From an uncultured Chloroflexia bacterium (lineage in GTDB: Bacteria; Chloroflexota; Limnocylindria; Limnocylindrales; CSP1-4): DNA of 64,000 nt. Shown here in pieces: positions 1-8,254 of this stretch. The notes below the pieces were generated by a model, which did no database searches, had not been told where the DNA came from, and was given only the letters and a program-made list of their open reading frames with translations. Each line of letters opens with the position of its first letter. Position 1 is the stretch's first letter. The DNA lies in the NCBI GenBank assembly GCA_963715245.1, contig CAVQRM010000001.1, positions 1,218,373-1,282,372 on the forward strand, read 5' to 3'. Made by a program: the position numbers and the translations under genes.

Positions 1-2147
1 GCGACGATCTCGCCCGCCGACTTGCGCGTGACGGGGTCGGTGCCGCCGCTGTCGGCGTCGATCTTGTGGTCCTGGGGCGGGAAGCCCAGGGTGTACACGA
101 GCGACCGCTTCTCGGTTCGCGGCTCTCCCAGGACCCGCAGGTCGCCGATCGGCTCGCGCTGCTCGATCAGCTCGTCCTCGCTCATCTTGAGCAACTCGAA
201 GTAGCGCCAGTACGCCGACTTGTTCTCGCGCCGGTGCCAGGCGAGCAGCTGCGCGAGGAGCCATCGGCCCGCCGCATCCGGGTCCTCCGCGCGGACCTGG
301 GGATCGGGTGAGACGTCGCTCGCCAGGCGGTCCATCAGCTCCAGCACATACCGCTCGCGATCGCCCAGCTCGGTGGACGGGAGCCCGTCGTCCAGGACCG
401 GGCGGGGGAGCGCCTCGCGCTCGCGGTCCTCGAGGTCCCGGCGCCGCTCCTCCAGCCAGTCGCGGAGGCGCCAGTTGCTCACGACGTCGTCGCGGTTGTA
501 GCCCGCGATCTCCCGCAGGATCGTCTGCCCGTTCTCGACCGGCGCATCCGGCCCGAGCTCGAGCCATGTCTCGAAGGCCACGATGCTCGACCCCGCGTCC
601 TTGAGGTCGACCTCACGCGTGAGCGAGTACAGCGGTTCGATGCGCTTGATCGAGTAGCTCTCCACGCTCGCGCGGATCCCCTGGCGGACGGCCCGGAACA
701 GGTCCACGAGGACACCGCCCCGGAGCAGCCGGTCCACCTCGAGCTCCCGGGTGCCGTGGCGCTGCGCGAGCCGCCCGAGCGCCGTTCGCTCGTACGCGGC
801 GTAGTGGTAGACGTGGAGCGACGGGTCCCGCTCCCAGCGGTCGATGATGAGGTCGATCGTCTGCTCGAACGCGGCCTTCTCGGCGGCCCAGGTCACCTCG
901 CCCCGCTCGTCCAGGCTCCAGATCGCGTGGAACTTCGGCGCCGGCGCACCCGACGGGTCGGCCCACTCGCCATCCTCCGCGAGGGCAGGCTCGAGGATCC
1001 CGAACAGGTAGTCCACGCCGTCGTCGAGCGCGAACGGGTCGCCCTCGAGGTCGAGGAACAGGTCGCCGAGGCTCGGCTCCGGCAGCCCGAGCAGGCCGCG
1101 ACCGGGGACGGGGGTCCCATCCTCAGTGCGCTCGAGCGGAAGGAGCTCCCACAGGACCTCTCGGGCGTCCTCGCCCTCCACCTGGATCCGCGCCTGCTCC
1201 CGCACGCGCTCGAGCGCCTCCGCGCCGACGCCCTCGAGCGGCGGCCGCATGGGGACCTCCAGGACCGCCAGACCGCGCCTCGTGCCGACGCCGCGTGCCT
1301 TGAGCGCCTTGCGCTGCCTGCTCGTCGCCCCGGCGACGAGGCTCAGGTCGTCGTCCGCACGCCTGACGGACCGGCATTGCGGGTTCCAGCGGCACACGTC
1401 GCAGTGCTCCACCGGCTCCGGGTACGTGCCGGACGGCGGGTAGACGACGCCCGCCGTGTCGTCGCCGGGGAGGCCCACCGCCGCACTGAACTCCGCCTTC
1501 ACCCGCCGGTAGTACGCCATGTAGTCGTCGACGCGCAGCCGGTCGGTCGGCCGCGTCCGTCCGCCGAGCACGACGTACAGGTACTCGGGCTCCCGGTCCT
1601 GGATCGCGGTCAGCTGCTCCACGTACGAGCAGATCTGGAGGATTGCGCCTGCCTTGACGTGCCGGGCGAGCTTCGTGTCCGCGACCTCGTAGTGGTAGGC
1701 CCCGAAGGCGCTGTCCGGCTCGCCCGGCTCGTGGTCGCGCCGCAGGAGGAAGTCCGCGTGACCGCGCCAGCGGCCATCGAAGAACGTCGCCTGGTAGACG
1801 ACATCCGCGCGAGCCCGCATCGCGTCGAGCGTCTCGACCGCGGCCTGCCGGAGCTCGGCGCCGGCGTCCCTGGGGGTCGTGACCTCGCCGGTGCCGGGCG
1901 GGGCGACCGCCGACCCGTCCTTCTCGATCTCCACGACGCGCCGCCCCTCCGCCACGAGGTCGGCGAGGTAGCGCTGCTCGTGCTCGAGGCCGCGCTTCGC
2001 GACGAGCTCGATGGCCGGGTCGTTGCGGACCGGCTTCGCGACGAGACCCATCATCGCCGCCCGCTCCAGCGCGAGCCGGTGCCCGCAGGCGAGGAACCCG
2101 ACCAGATCCGTGGCGGCGTAGACCGGGCGGCCGTCGATGAGCTGCAT
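1..2147 (-). CDS. RecB-family (TM0106-like) putative nuclease; the C-terminal part lies beyond the window start
   Basis: Minus-strand frame is open from ATG (cat 2145-2147) to position 1. It is absent from the ORF track because it has no stop in the window. Translation MQLIDGRPVYAATDLVGFLACGHRLALERAA...YHYEVADTKLARHVKAGAILQICSYVEQL...HVYHYAAYERTALGRLAQRHGT...WRYFELLKMSEDELIEQ is protein-like with G/C third positions. The three overlapping track ORFs are Arg-rich artefacts. Confidence 0.8.
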   Translation of the reverse strand, partial: MQLIDGRPVYAATDLVGFLACGHRLALERAAMMGLVAKPVRNDPAIELVAKRGLEHEQRYLADLVAEGRRVVEIEKDGSAVAPPGTGEVTTPRDAGAELRQAAVETLDAMRARADVVYQATFFDGRWRGHADFLLRRDHEPGEPDSAFGAYHYEVADTKLARHVKAGAILQICSYVEQLTAIQDREPEYLYVVLGGRTRPTDRLRVDDYMAYYRRVKAEFSAAVGLPGDDTAGVVYPPSGTYPEPVEHCDVCRWNPQCRSVRRADDDLSLVAGATSRQRKALKARGVGTRRGLAVLEVPMRPPLEGVGAEALERVREQARIQVEGEDAREVLWELLPLERTEDGTPVPGRGLLGLPEPSLGDLFLDLEGDPFALDDGVDYLFGILEPALAEDGEWADPSGAPAPKFHAIWSLDERGEVTWAAEKAAFEQTIDLIIDRWERDPSLHVYHYAAYERTALGRLAQRHGTRELEVDRLLRGGVLVDLFRAVRQGIRASVESYSIKRIEPLYSLTREVDLKDAGSSIVAFETWLELGPDAPVENGQTILREIAGYNRDDVVSNWRLRDWLEERRRDLEDREREALPRPVLDDGLPSTELGDRERYVLELMDRLASDVSPDPQVRAEDPDAAGRWLLAQLLAWHRRENKSAYWRYFELLKMSEDELIEQREPIGDLRVLGEPRTEKRSLVYTLGFPPQDHKIDADSGGTDPVTRKSAGEIV

Positions 2148-2255
2148 GCCGGCCCATCCTACGTGGCGTCCGTGCCAGCTCGCCTGTCACGTCCGACGTC
2201 CGGCGACGTCGGGCGACGTCCGGCGCGGCGGGTCGCGGACCCGTAGACTGCCGCC

Positions 2256-2732
2256 GTGGAACCCGGACGCAGGCCCCCGAACCGCATCGACGAGCACGGC
2301 GTGCGCCACGTCGCGCCGACGTGGGAGAGCCTTGTCGACCGCCAGATCCGCGAGGCGATGGAGGACGGCCGGTTCGATGATCTCCCGCACCAGGGCGAGC
2401 CGCTCCCGAAGGACGACGACACGTTCGCCGGTGACTGGGCGATGGCCTACCGGATGCTGAAGAACGCGGGCGCCGCGCCGCCGTGGATCGAGGCGGACAA
2501 GGAGGTCCGCGAGCTGCTCGCCCAACGCGAGGGGATCCTCCGCCGGGCAGCGGCCGGATCGGTGTCCGCCACCGCGCGCCGCCGTGACCGTGCCGAGCTG
2601 GAACGGCTTGTCGTCACGATCAACGCGGCGGTCGCGCGCCTCAACGCGGAGGCGCCCACCGACCGCCAGCATCGCGCCCCGCTGTCGCTGTCCGACGAGC
2701 TCGCGCGCCTGGACGCCCTCCACGGCCGATGA
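2256..2732 (+). CDS. DUF1992 (DnaJ-C28-like) domain protein
   Basis: GTG start. Motif ESLVDRQIREAMEDGRFDDLPHQGEPL and C-terminal coiled region are typical of DUF1992. The stop overlaps the next ATG (ATGA at 2729-2732). Confidence 0.85.
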   Translation: MEPGRRPPNRIDEHGVRHVAPTWESLVDRQIREAMEDGRFDDLPHQGEPLPKDDDTFAGDWAMAYRMLKNAGAAPPWIEADKEVRELLAQREGILRRAAAGSVSATARRRDRAELERLVVTINAAVARLNAEAPTDRQHRAPLSLSDELARLDALHGR

Positions 2733-3304
2733 CCGACGCGCCTCCGCGCGGCCCGGTGTCGGTCCGGCCCGCGACGCCCGACGACGTCCCCGCGATCCGC
2801 GATGTGGGCATGTCCGCCTGGCGGGCGACCTACGCCGGGATCCTCGGACCCGAGGTCGTGGAGCGGTTCCTCGCGATCGCCTATTCGCCCGAGCGGGTGG
2901 CCCTCCGGGTCGAGCGCGACGACCTGTTCGTGGGGTCGCTCGCGGACGGCCACCCGTCCGGCGTCGACGCGTTCATCGAGAGCCTCGTCGAGGACGGCCA
3001 CGCGCACATCGTCGCCTTCTACACCCGACCGGACGCGCGCGGACTGGGTCTCGGCACCGTGCTCCTGGACCGGGTGATCGAGCGCTACCCGGGACTGGAC
3101 ATCTCGGCCGACGTGCTCATCGGGAACACGCTCGGCGAGCCGTTCTACGTCGCCCGCGGCTTCGAGCCCGGCGATCTCCTCGACGAGGAGTTCGACGGTG
3201 ACGTCATGCGCGAGCGTCGCTGGTGGCTCCGCGCGGGGGTCTCCCGGCCGTCGCCATCGGGACCGCGACCTATCGGCGGCGAGGGCGCTGGGAGTCGTCC
3301 ATGA
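2729..3304 (+). CDS. GNAT family N-acetyltransferase
   Basis: The translation has an acetyl-CoA binding-type segment, VAFYTRPDARGLGLGTVLLDRVIE, and a GNAT beta-strand pattern. It is translationally coupled to the upstream gene. Confidence 0.85.
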   Translation: MTDAPPRGPVSVRPATPDDVPAIRDVGMSAWRATYAGILGPEVVERFLAIAYSPERVALRVERDDLFVGSLADGHPSGVDAFIESLVEDGHAHIVAFYTRPDARGLGLGTVLLDRVIERYPGLDISADVLIGNTLGEPFYVARGFEPGDLLDEEFDGDVMRERRWWLRAGVSRPSPSGPRPIGGEGAGSRP

Positions 3305-3494
3305 TCGCCGCCCACGGCGCGATGGCGAGGATCGCGGCGAGGGCGAGCACGACCGGGGAAGTGCCGTTCGCGACCAGCACGAGGGCGCCGACGGTCACGG
3401 TGACGTCGAGCACGATGGCCAGCAGCACTGCCGGCCGTCGCCACGCTGGGCGGGCCGGCGATGCCGCCGGGCCGGGACGCCGATCGTCGTTCAC
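3270..3494 (-). CDS. small two-TM membrane protein (hypothetical)
   Basis: Internal GTG at 3494 lies 13 nt after the stop of the upstream small ORF. The product ...RRPAVLLAIVLDVTVTVGALVLVANGTSPVVLALAAILAIAPWAAIM has two hydrophobic helices. The longer track ORF N-terminus is Arg/Ser junk. The 3' end overlaps the convergent GNAT gene by 35 nt. Confidence 0.4.
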   Translation of the reverse strand: MNDDRRPGPAASPARPAWRRPAVLLAIVLDVTVTVGALVLVANGTSPVVLALAAILAIAPWAAIMDDSQRPRRR

Positions 3495-3510
3495 CTGCCC
3501 GTCCGCGACC

Positions 3511-3735
3511 TCACCCGGCCGGTGCGCCCCGCCGCGCCTGCTCCGCATCGCGCAACCCCGCCTCGATCGCGGCGACCGGCTCGACGATGGCCGCGAGCAT
3601 CGCATCCGGGAGCGGCAGCGACCGGAGCCACTCGAGGCACCTCGCGGCCTCGAGCGCCTGGTCGGGTGCGTCGTCGCGGCTCCGGAACGCGTCGCGGATG
3701 GTCGTCGTCACCGCCTGTTGGGCCATGTACGCCAT
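3511..3735 (-). CDS. hypothetical 74-aa protein
   Basis: ATG at 3735 is preceded by GGAGGCG 5 nt upstream. Translation MAYMAQQAVTTTIRDAFRSRDDAPDQALEAARCLEWLRSLPLPDAMLAAIVEPVAAIEAGLRDAEQARR has good third-position GC. I recognised no family. Confidence 0.45.
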   Translation of the reverse strand: MAYMAQQAVTTTIRDAFRSRDDAPDQALEAARCLEWLRSLPLPDAMLAAIVEPVAAIEAGLRDAEQARRGAPAG

Positions 3736-3758
3736 TGGTACGCCTCCGCCCGCGTCCG

Positions 3759-4562
3759 TCAGGTCGAGCTGCCGGCCGCGGCGGCGAGCCGGTCGAGGGT
3801 CGCCCGTTCGAAGAACGCGGCGTCCTCGTAGCACCAGATCCACCCCTCCGCCATGCGGACCGAGCGGAAGATCGGGTGGCCCGTCGCCTCCCAGTGGGCG
3901 CGCATGTGCTTGTTGACCGACGTGTCGCAGCACCCGGTGAACCCGCACACGAGACACATCCGCAGCGCCGGCCACACGTCGCCGCTGGCGATGCACTGGG
4001 CGCAGGCGTCAACGTTCGTCGCGAACACCCGGGCGCTCTCGAGGTGGCTGCACGGCTTGTCCGCTGCCTGCCCGGTGAAGCCGAGCCGGAGCAGGTACTG
4101 CGGCGGGCGGATCGGGTTGCGCGGTGGGAGGTGCATCTGATCGGCCGGCGGGATGACGCCCACCGCACGCAGGGCACCGAGCATCGCCGTCGGCGGCGCG
4201 TCGCCGTTGACCACCCACCCTCGGCCGGTATCGCGCAGCGCGAGCGGGACCTCCACGCGGACGGCCTCGCCGGTCCCGGGCGAGCCCCAGAGGTCGCCCC
4301 GGTGCGTGCCGCTCACAACCGCGCTCACGTGCACGACGTCGCCATCCTCGACGACGTCCCCGATCTCGATTCGGAGATCCGGCATCGCCGCCAGGATGTC
4401 CGGGACAAGCGTGACCCAGCGATCGGCCTGGGAGGGCTCCTCGGGGCCGCGCGCATGACCGTAGTAGTCCTCGGCGAGGAACGCCCGGATGGCCGCCTCG
4501 TCGCCGGTCGCCACCGCAGCGGCGAATGATTCCATCGTCCTCCGGACCGCGTCGGACGTCAT
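3759..4562 (-). CDS. SnoaL/ester-cyclase-like domain fused to a UBP-type zinc finger
   Basis: ATG at 4562 with GAGAGGAGA RBS. The N-terminal half (ESFAAAVATGDEAAIRAFLAEDYYGH...RIEIGDVVEDGDVVHVSAVVSGTHRGDLWG) is NTF2/SnoaL-like. The C-terminal half, CAQCIASGDVWPALRMCLVCGFTGCCDTSVNKHMRAHWEATGHPIFRSV..WIWCYED, matches the bacterial ZnF-UBP pattern. Confidence 0.85.
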   Translation of the reverse strand: MTSDAVRRTMESFAAAVATGDEAAIRAFLAEDYYGHARGPEEPSQADRWVTLVPDILAAMPDLRIEIGDVVEDGDVVHVSAVVSGTHRGDLWGSPGTGEAVRVEVPLALRDTGRGWVVNGDAPPTAMLGALRAVGVIPPADQMHLPPRNPIRPPQYLLRLGFTGQAADKPCSHLESARVFATNVDACAQCIASGDVWPALRMCLVCGFTGCCDTSVNKHMRAHWEATGHPIFRSVRMAEGWIWCYEDAAFFERATLDRLAAAAGSST

Positions 4563-4649
4563 CGGCGGATCTCCTCTCGCCCCCAGTGGCGTGTGCGCCC
4601 CACGGTACGCCCCTCGCGCGCCGCGCGTCCGCGACGCACCGGAGGCCGC

Positions 4650-6014
4650 CTATCCGAACAGCGCCTCGACAGCGGCCTCGAACACCTCGGTGTGGCGGTC
4701 GACATCCGCCTCCGTCGTTGCGGGGGACATCAGGGCCATGTTGTGGAACGGCGTCATGAGCACGCCACGGTTCATCGCCCACAGATGGAGGAATCGGGCG
4801 AGGTCGCTGTCGTCGTGGGCGGCCTGGTCCGAGCCGTTGCGCGGCAGCTCGGGCATGAAGTGGTACTCGCAGCGGGCACCGAGCCTGGTCACGTGCCAAG
4901 GCACATCGTGCGCCGCGAGCACCCCCGCGACACCCGCCTCGAACCGTTCCGCGAGCGGGATCATCCGGGCGAACGCCTCGTCGGTCAGCACCTCGGTGAG
5001 CGTGGCGCGGATGGCCGCGAGGCTCAGCGCATTCCCGGCGAGCGTGCCGCCGATCCCGCCGACGTCAGAGTCATCCCAGGTGATCGAGGCTCGGACCCGC
5101 TCGCCGACGTCCTCGGTGAAGCCGTAGGCGCCCGCCGGGATGCCGCCGCCGATGGTCTTGCCGATCGTGAGGATGTCGGGCGTGAGGCCGTGGAGGCCCG
5201 TGTAGCCGCCGGGCCCGGCGCAGATCGTGTGCGTCTCGTCGTTGATGAGCAGCGTCCCGTGCCTGCGCGTCAGCTCGCGGACGGCCTCGTGGTACCCGGG
5301 GTCGGGCAGCACGATGCCGACGTTCGTCAGGGCCGGCTCGAACAGCGCGACGGCGACATCGCCGTGGGCGAGCTCCCGCTCGAGGCCCTCGAGGTCGTTG
5401 AACTCCACGACGCGGGTCGTCTCCGCGAGCGCCACCGGCTTGCCGATGTTGCCGCGTCGCGCGCCGACCGACCCGTCGTCCCGGAGGCTCGCGAAGGTCT
5501 CGTCCACGGAGCCGTGGTAGTTGTGGTTGTGGACGAGCACCTTCGGCCGGCCGGTGATGTGGCGCGCAAGGCGGATCGCGAAGCGGTTGGCGTCGGTCGC
5601 GGTGAGCGTGAACTGCCACCAGCGGACGCCGAATCGGCGCTGCAGCTCGGCGGCGGCGATGATCGCGTCCTCGGTGGGCAGCATGTGGGTGATCCCGCGG
5701 CGCATCTGGCGCTCGACGGCGCGGATCGTGGCCTCGGGGCCGTGCCCGGCCATCGCGCCCGTGTCGCCCAGGCAGAAGTCGACGTACTCGTGGCCGTCCA
5801 CATCCGTGAAGTGCGCGCCTCGCGCCTCCTCGACGAACAAGGGGTACGGCCCCGCCCACTTGATCATCCAGTTCATCGGGACGCCGTCGAGGAGCGGCCC
5901 CTGCGCACGGTCGAACAGCGCCTTCGACCGTGGGTTCGCTGCCTCGAAGGCGGCCATCTCGGCCGACATGAGGCGTTCCATCCGGGTCCGGTCGAGCGTC
6001 GCGGCGCCTGTCAT
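4650..6014 (-). CDS. class III (GSA-aminomutase-like) PLP-dependent aminotransferase
   Basis: ATG at 6014 with GGAGGAG RBS; the track ORF is extended upstream by 97 junk codons. Motifs DFCLGDTGAMAGHGP, FTLTATDANRFAIRLAR, LINDETHT, TIGKTIGGGIPAGAYG (Lys in TIGK). Confidence 0.9.
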   Translation of the reverse strand: MTGAATLDRTRMERLMSAEMAAFEAANPRSKALFDRAQGPLLDGVPMNWMIKWAGPYPLFVEEARGAHFTDVDGHEYVDFCLGDTGAMAGHGPEATIRAVERQMRRGITHMLPTEDAIIAAAELQRRFGVRWWQFTLTATDANRFAIRLARHITGRPKVLVHNHNYHGSVDETFASLRDDGSVGARRGNIGKPVALAETTRVVEFNDLEGLERELAHGDVAVALFEPALTNVGIVLPDPGYHEAVRELTRRHGTLLINDETHTICAGPGGYTGLHGLTPDILTIGKTIGGGIPAGAYGFTEDVGERVRASITWDDSDVGGIGGTLAGNALSLAAIRATLTEVLTDEAFARMIPLAERFEAGVAGVLAAHDVPWHVTRLGARCEYHFMPELPRNGSDQAAHDDSDLARFLHLWAMNRGVLMTPFHNMALMSPATTEADVDRHTEVFEAAVEALFG

Positions 6015-6460
6015 CGTGCTCCTCCCCGGCGCTGGGCGCCGGCTCTCTTCGTTGTGCCGATGATCGCGCGTTGGAGCGCAGCAGGCAGGCCCGTTGCGCG
6101 GACTGCGGCGATCTCCCGACCCGCCTCGCGCTTGCGCTCTCGCCTCCCGCTCTCTCCGTCCCGTCTCGCCGCCCCGCCTCCCGCTGAGCGGGTGAACCGT
6201 CGTACCGCGCGCCAGGGTTCCCGCTCGTCGGCGTGCCTGTCGCACGGACGGCCCCCGACGCGCGACCGATGAACCGGTCACCGGCCAGGCCGGCGCTCCG
6301 TGCATCCGTACACCCGCGCAGCGGGACGTGGCCGGGTGGGAGCGGATTGGGGGGCGGCCCGGGAGCGGACGTGGCCGGGTGGGAGCGGATCGGGCTGCCG
6401 ACCGACCGAGGAAGACGCAGCGGGGACAGACACGGGACGCCGGCCTGTTCGTGCGCGGCG

Positions 6461-6505
6461 CCCGAAACGACGAAGCGCCCCGGTCGGCGAGGCCGACCGG
6501 GGCGC
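6461..6505 (-). terminator. intrinsic terminator after the DUF4397 gene
   Basis: Perfect 14-bp stem GCGCCCCGGTCGGC (6475-6488) / GCCGACCGGGGCGC (6492-6505) with a 3-nt loop. On the minus strand it is followed by TTCGTCGTTTCGGG. Confidence 0.7.
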
Positions 6506-6520
6506 TGGGAGCGGGGGGAG

Positions 6521-7339
6521 TTACTTCGCGCGGTTGCGCGCCGCTGCGTAGCGGAGCGAGCCGGCGACGCCGAGGGCGGCCGCGGCGGCGAGGAGCACCG
6601 CTGCGAAGCCGTTGCCGGACGAGGCCGGGCTGGCCTCCCCGATGGTGTCGGTGGCCGGGGCGGCGACGCCGTCGACGGCGATGACCGCGGTCAGTGCCTG
6701 CTGGCCGTCGGCCGGCGCAAGCTGGCCGATGGCGAACACGCTGTAGGCGGTGCCCTCTTCAACGTCGACCTCGGGAAGGTCGAGCGGGCAGGTGTCGGTG
6801 CCGGTGGCGCAGACCTCGAGGTCGTAGGCGCCGCCCGGGAGGGCGAGGTAGCTGCTGGCGGCGCGGTAGGCGAGATCGGTCAGGACCGGGTCGCCGCCGT
6901 CAGGGCGGACGTCAACGTTGGGCGTGTCGGCGGACAGGTGGACGGCACGGACGCGGGCCTCTCCGGCCTTGCCGTTGCCGTCGACGAACACGTCGGCCTT
7001 GATCTGGGCGAGGAGGTCGGATGCGGCGACCGTGTACTTCTTGCCGGCCTCGAACTCGAGATCGACGGGACCGATGGGGCAGACGGTGTTGTCGGCCGTG
7101 GCGCAGACCTTGATCGAGTAGGTGTCGCCGGGGACGGCGACGTAGCCGGTGATGTCCCCGAACTCGATGCCGGAGAGGGCGTCGACCTTGGTGTCGTTGA
7201 CGAAGACGTCCACGGACGGCGCGTCCGGGGACCCGTGGAGGACGCGGACATGGGCATCGTCGGCCGCGCCGACTGGCGCCGCGACGGCGAGAGCGAGAAG
7301 GCCGGCGGTCGTGAGGCCGACGAGTCGTGAGAAGCGCAC
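6521..7339 (-). CDS. secreted DUF4397 domain protein with C-terminal TM anchor
   Basis: GTG at 7339 with AGGAGA RBS. Signal peptide VRFSRLVGLTTAGLLALAVAAPVGA. Repeated DUF4397-like modules (VRVLHGSPDAPSVDVFVND..., VRAVHLSADTPNVDVRPDG...). C-terminus: SSGNGFAAVLLAAAAALGVAGSLRYAAARNRAK. Confidence 0.85.
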   Translation of the reverse strand: MRFSRLVGLTTAGLLALAVAAPVGAADDAHVRVLHGSPDAPSVDVFVNDTKVDALSGIEFGDITGYVAVPGDTYSIKVCATADNTVCPIGPVDLEFEAGKKYTVAASDLLAQIKADVFVDGNGKAGEARVRAVHLSADTPNVDVRPDGGDPVLTDLAYRAASSYLALPGGAYDLEVCATGTDTCPLDLPEVDVEEGTAYSVFAIGQLAPADGQQALTAVIAVDGVAAPATDTIGEASPASSGNGFAAVLLAAAAALGVAGSLRYAAARNRAK

Positions 7340-7460
7340 CGGTGAGTCTCCTGGGCTGGTTGGCTGTCCGGTCGGTTGAGTGACCGGTGGCGTCGAACCT
7401 GCTCGACGTCCTGTCAGCCACCCCTTCGCACGACCCCTGTGCAGCGGATTGGTCATGGGC

Positions 7461-7667
7461 TCACAAGAGCACGATCCCGCTCGCGGCCGGCCTGCGTCCG
7501 GCTGCAAGGGCACGCAGGATCGGCCCGCCGTCGAGCGGGAGCAGATCGCGCAGCGTCTCGCGATGGGCCCGGAAGACCGCACGGTGGTGCGCGCTCCGCG
7601 TCGCCACCAGGACGCGCACCGACCCGCGCGGCTCGTCTCGCAGCTTCAGCCGGAGTCGTCGCTCCAT
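7461..7667 (-). CDS. hypothetical 68-aa protein
   Basis: ATG at 7667. MERRLRLKLRDEPRGSVRVLVATRSAHHRAVFRAHRETLRDLLPLDGGPILRALAAG... has GC-rich third positions. The RBS is weak and I recognised no family. Confidence 0.35.
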   Translation of the reverse strand: MERRLRLKLRDEPRGSVRVLVATRSAHHRAVFRAHRETLRDLLPLDGGPILRALAAGRRPAASGIVLL

Positions 7668-7772
7668 CGCCTGACCGGACGGGACGGACACCCGTGAATC
7701 ACGACGGCCGACCCGAGGGTCGGCCGAGTGGGGTGGATCAGGCGCCGGCGCGCAGGTGGGCCGGGGCGCGGA

Positions 7773-7961
7773 TCAGTTGAGCTTGCGGGTGTAGCCGCAG
7801 ATCTCGCAGTGGGCGACACCGCCATGCTCGTCGATGACGAGAAAGCTGGTGCAGCCGTTGGTGGAGCAGTAGAGACGGGTCGCAGCGGTGGCGCGACGGC
7901 GCATGCGGCGCATCGAGCTTTGGCGATACGCCACGGCATTCGTGGTGGCGCGTGTGAGCAT
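7773..7961 (-). CDS. small basic zinc-ribbon protein (62 aa)
   Basis: ATG at 7961. MLTRATTNAVAYRQSSMRRMRRRATAATRLYCSTNGCTSFLVIDEHGGVAHCEICGYTRKLN has a basic N-terminus plus a C-x4-C ... C-x2-C knuckle pair. The upstream part of the track ORF is junk. Confidence 0.5.
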   Translation of the reverse strand: MLTRATTNAVAYRQSSMRRMRRRATAATRLYCSTNGCTSFLVIDEHGGVAHCEICGYTRKLN

Positions 7962-8254
7962 GGAGTGCGGTGGTTCCTTTCGAGGCAGTCGGGTTGGGAC
8001 TGCCTTTGCCGCTCCAACGGCCGGACATACGGAGGCCGGAGCGGCGTTCAATGGACCCGGCGCGGCGACGGTTGCGCGTGGTGAGCGTCGACCAGATGGC
8101 CGCGTGTCGTCGGGCGATACCTGTAGAGCATCGCGGGGAACGGACGTTCTGTCAACTGGCCCACATGGCCCAGGACCCGGACGGCCGGCTTCCGGGACGG
8201 GGAACCACGAGGCGCACAACTTCGTCTGGGCCGAGGCGGTCGCTCGACCGCCTC

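Noticed and set aside
6325-6390. CRISPR-like direct repeats. Also considered for the 24-bp repeats at 16657-16749.
   Set aside because: At 6325 there are only two 23-bp copies, separated by a 20-bp gap that itself repeats part of the unit. The 16657 array is head-to-tail without spacers and lies inside a PBP coding region. No cas genes are present.
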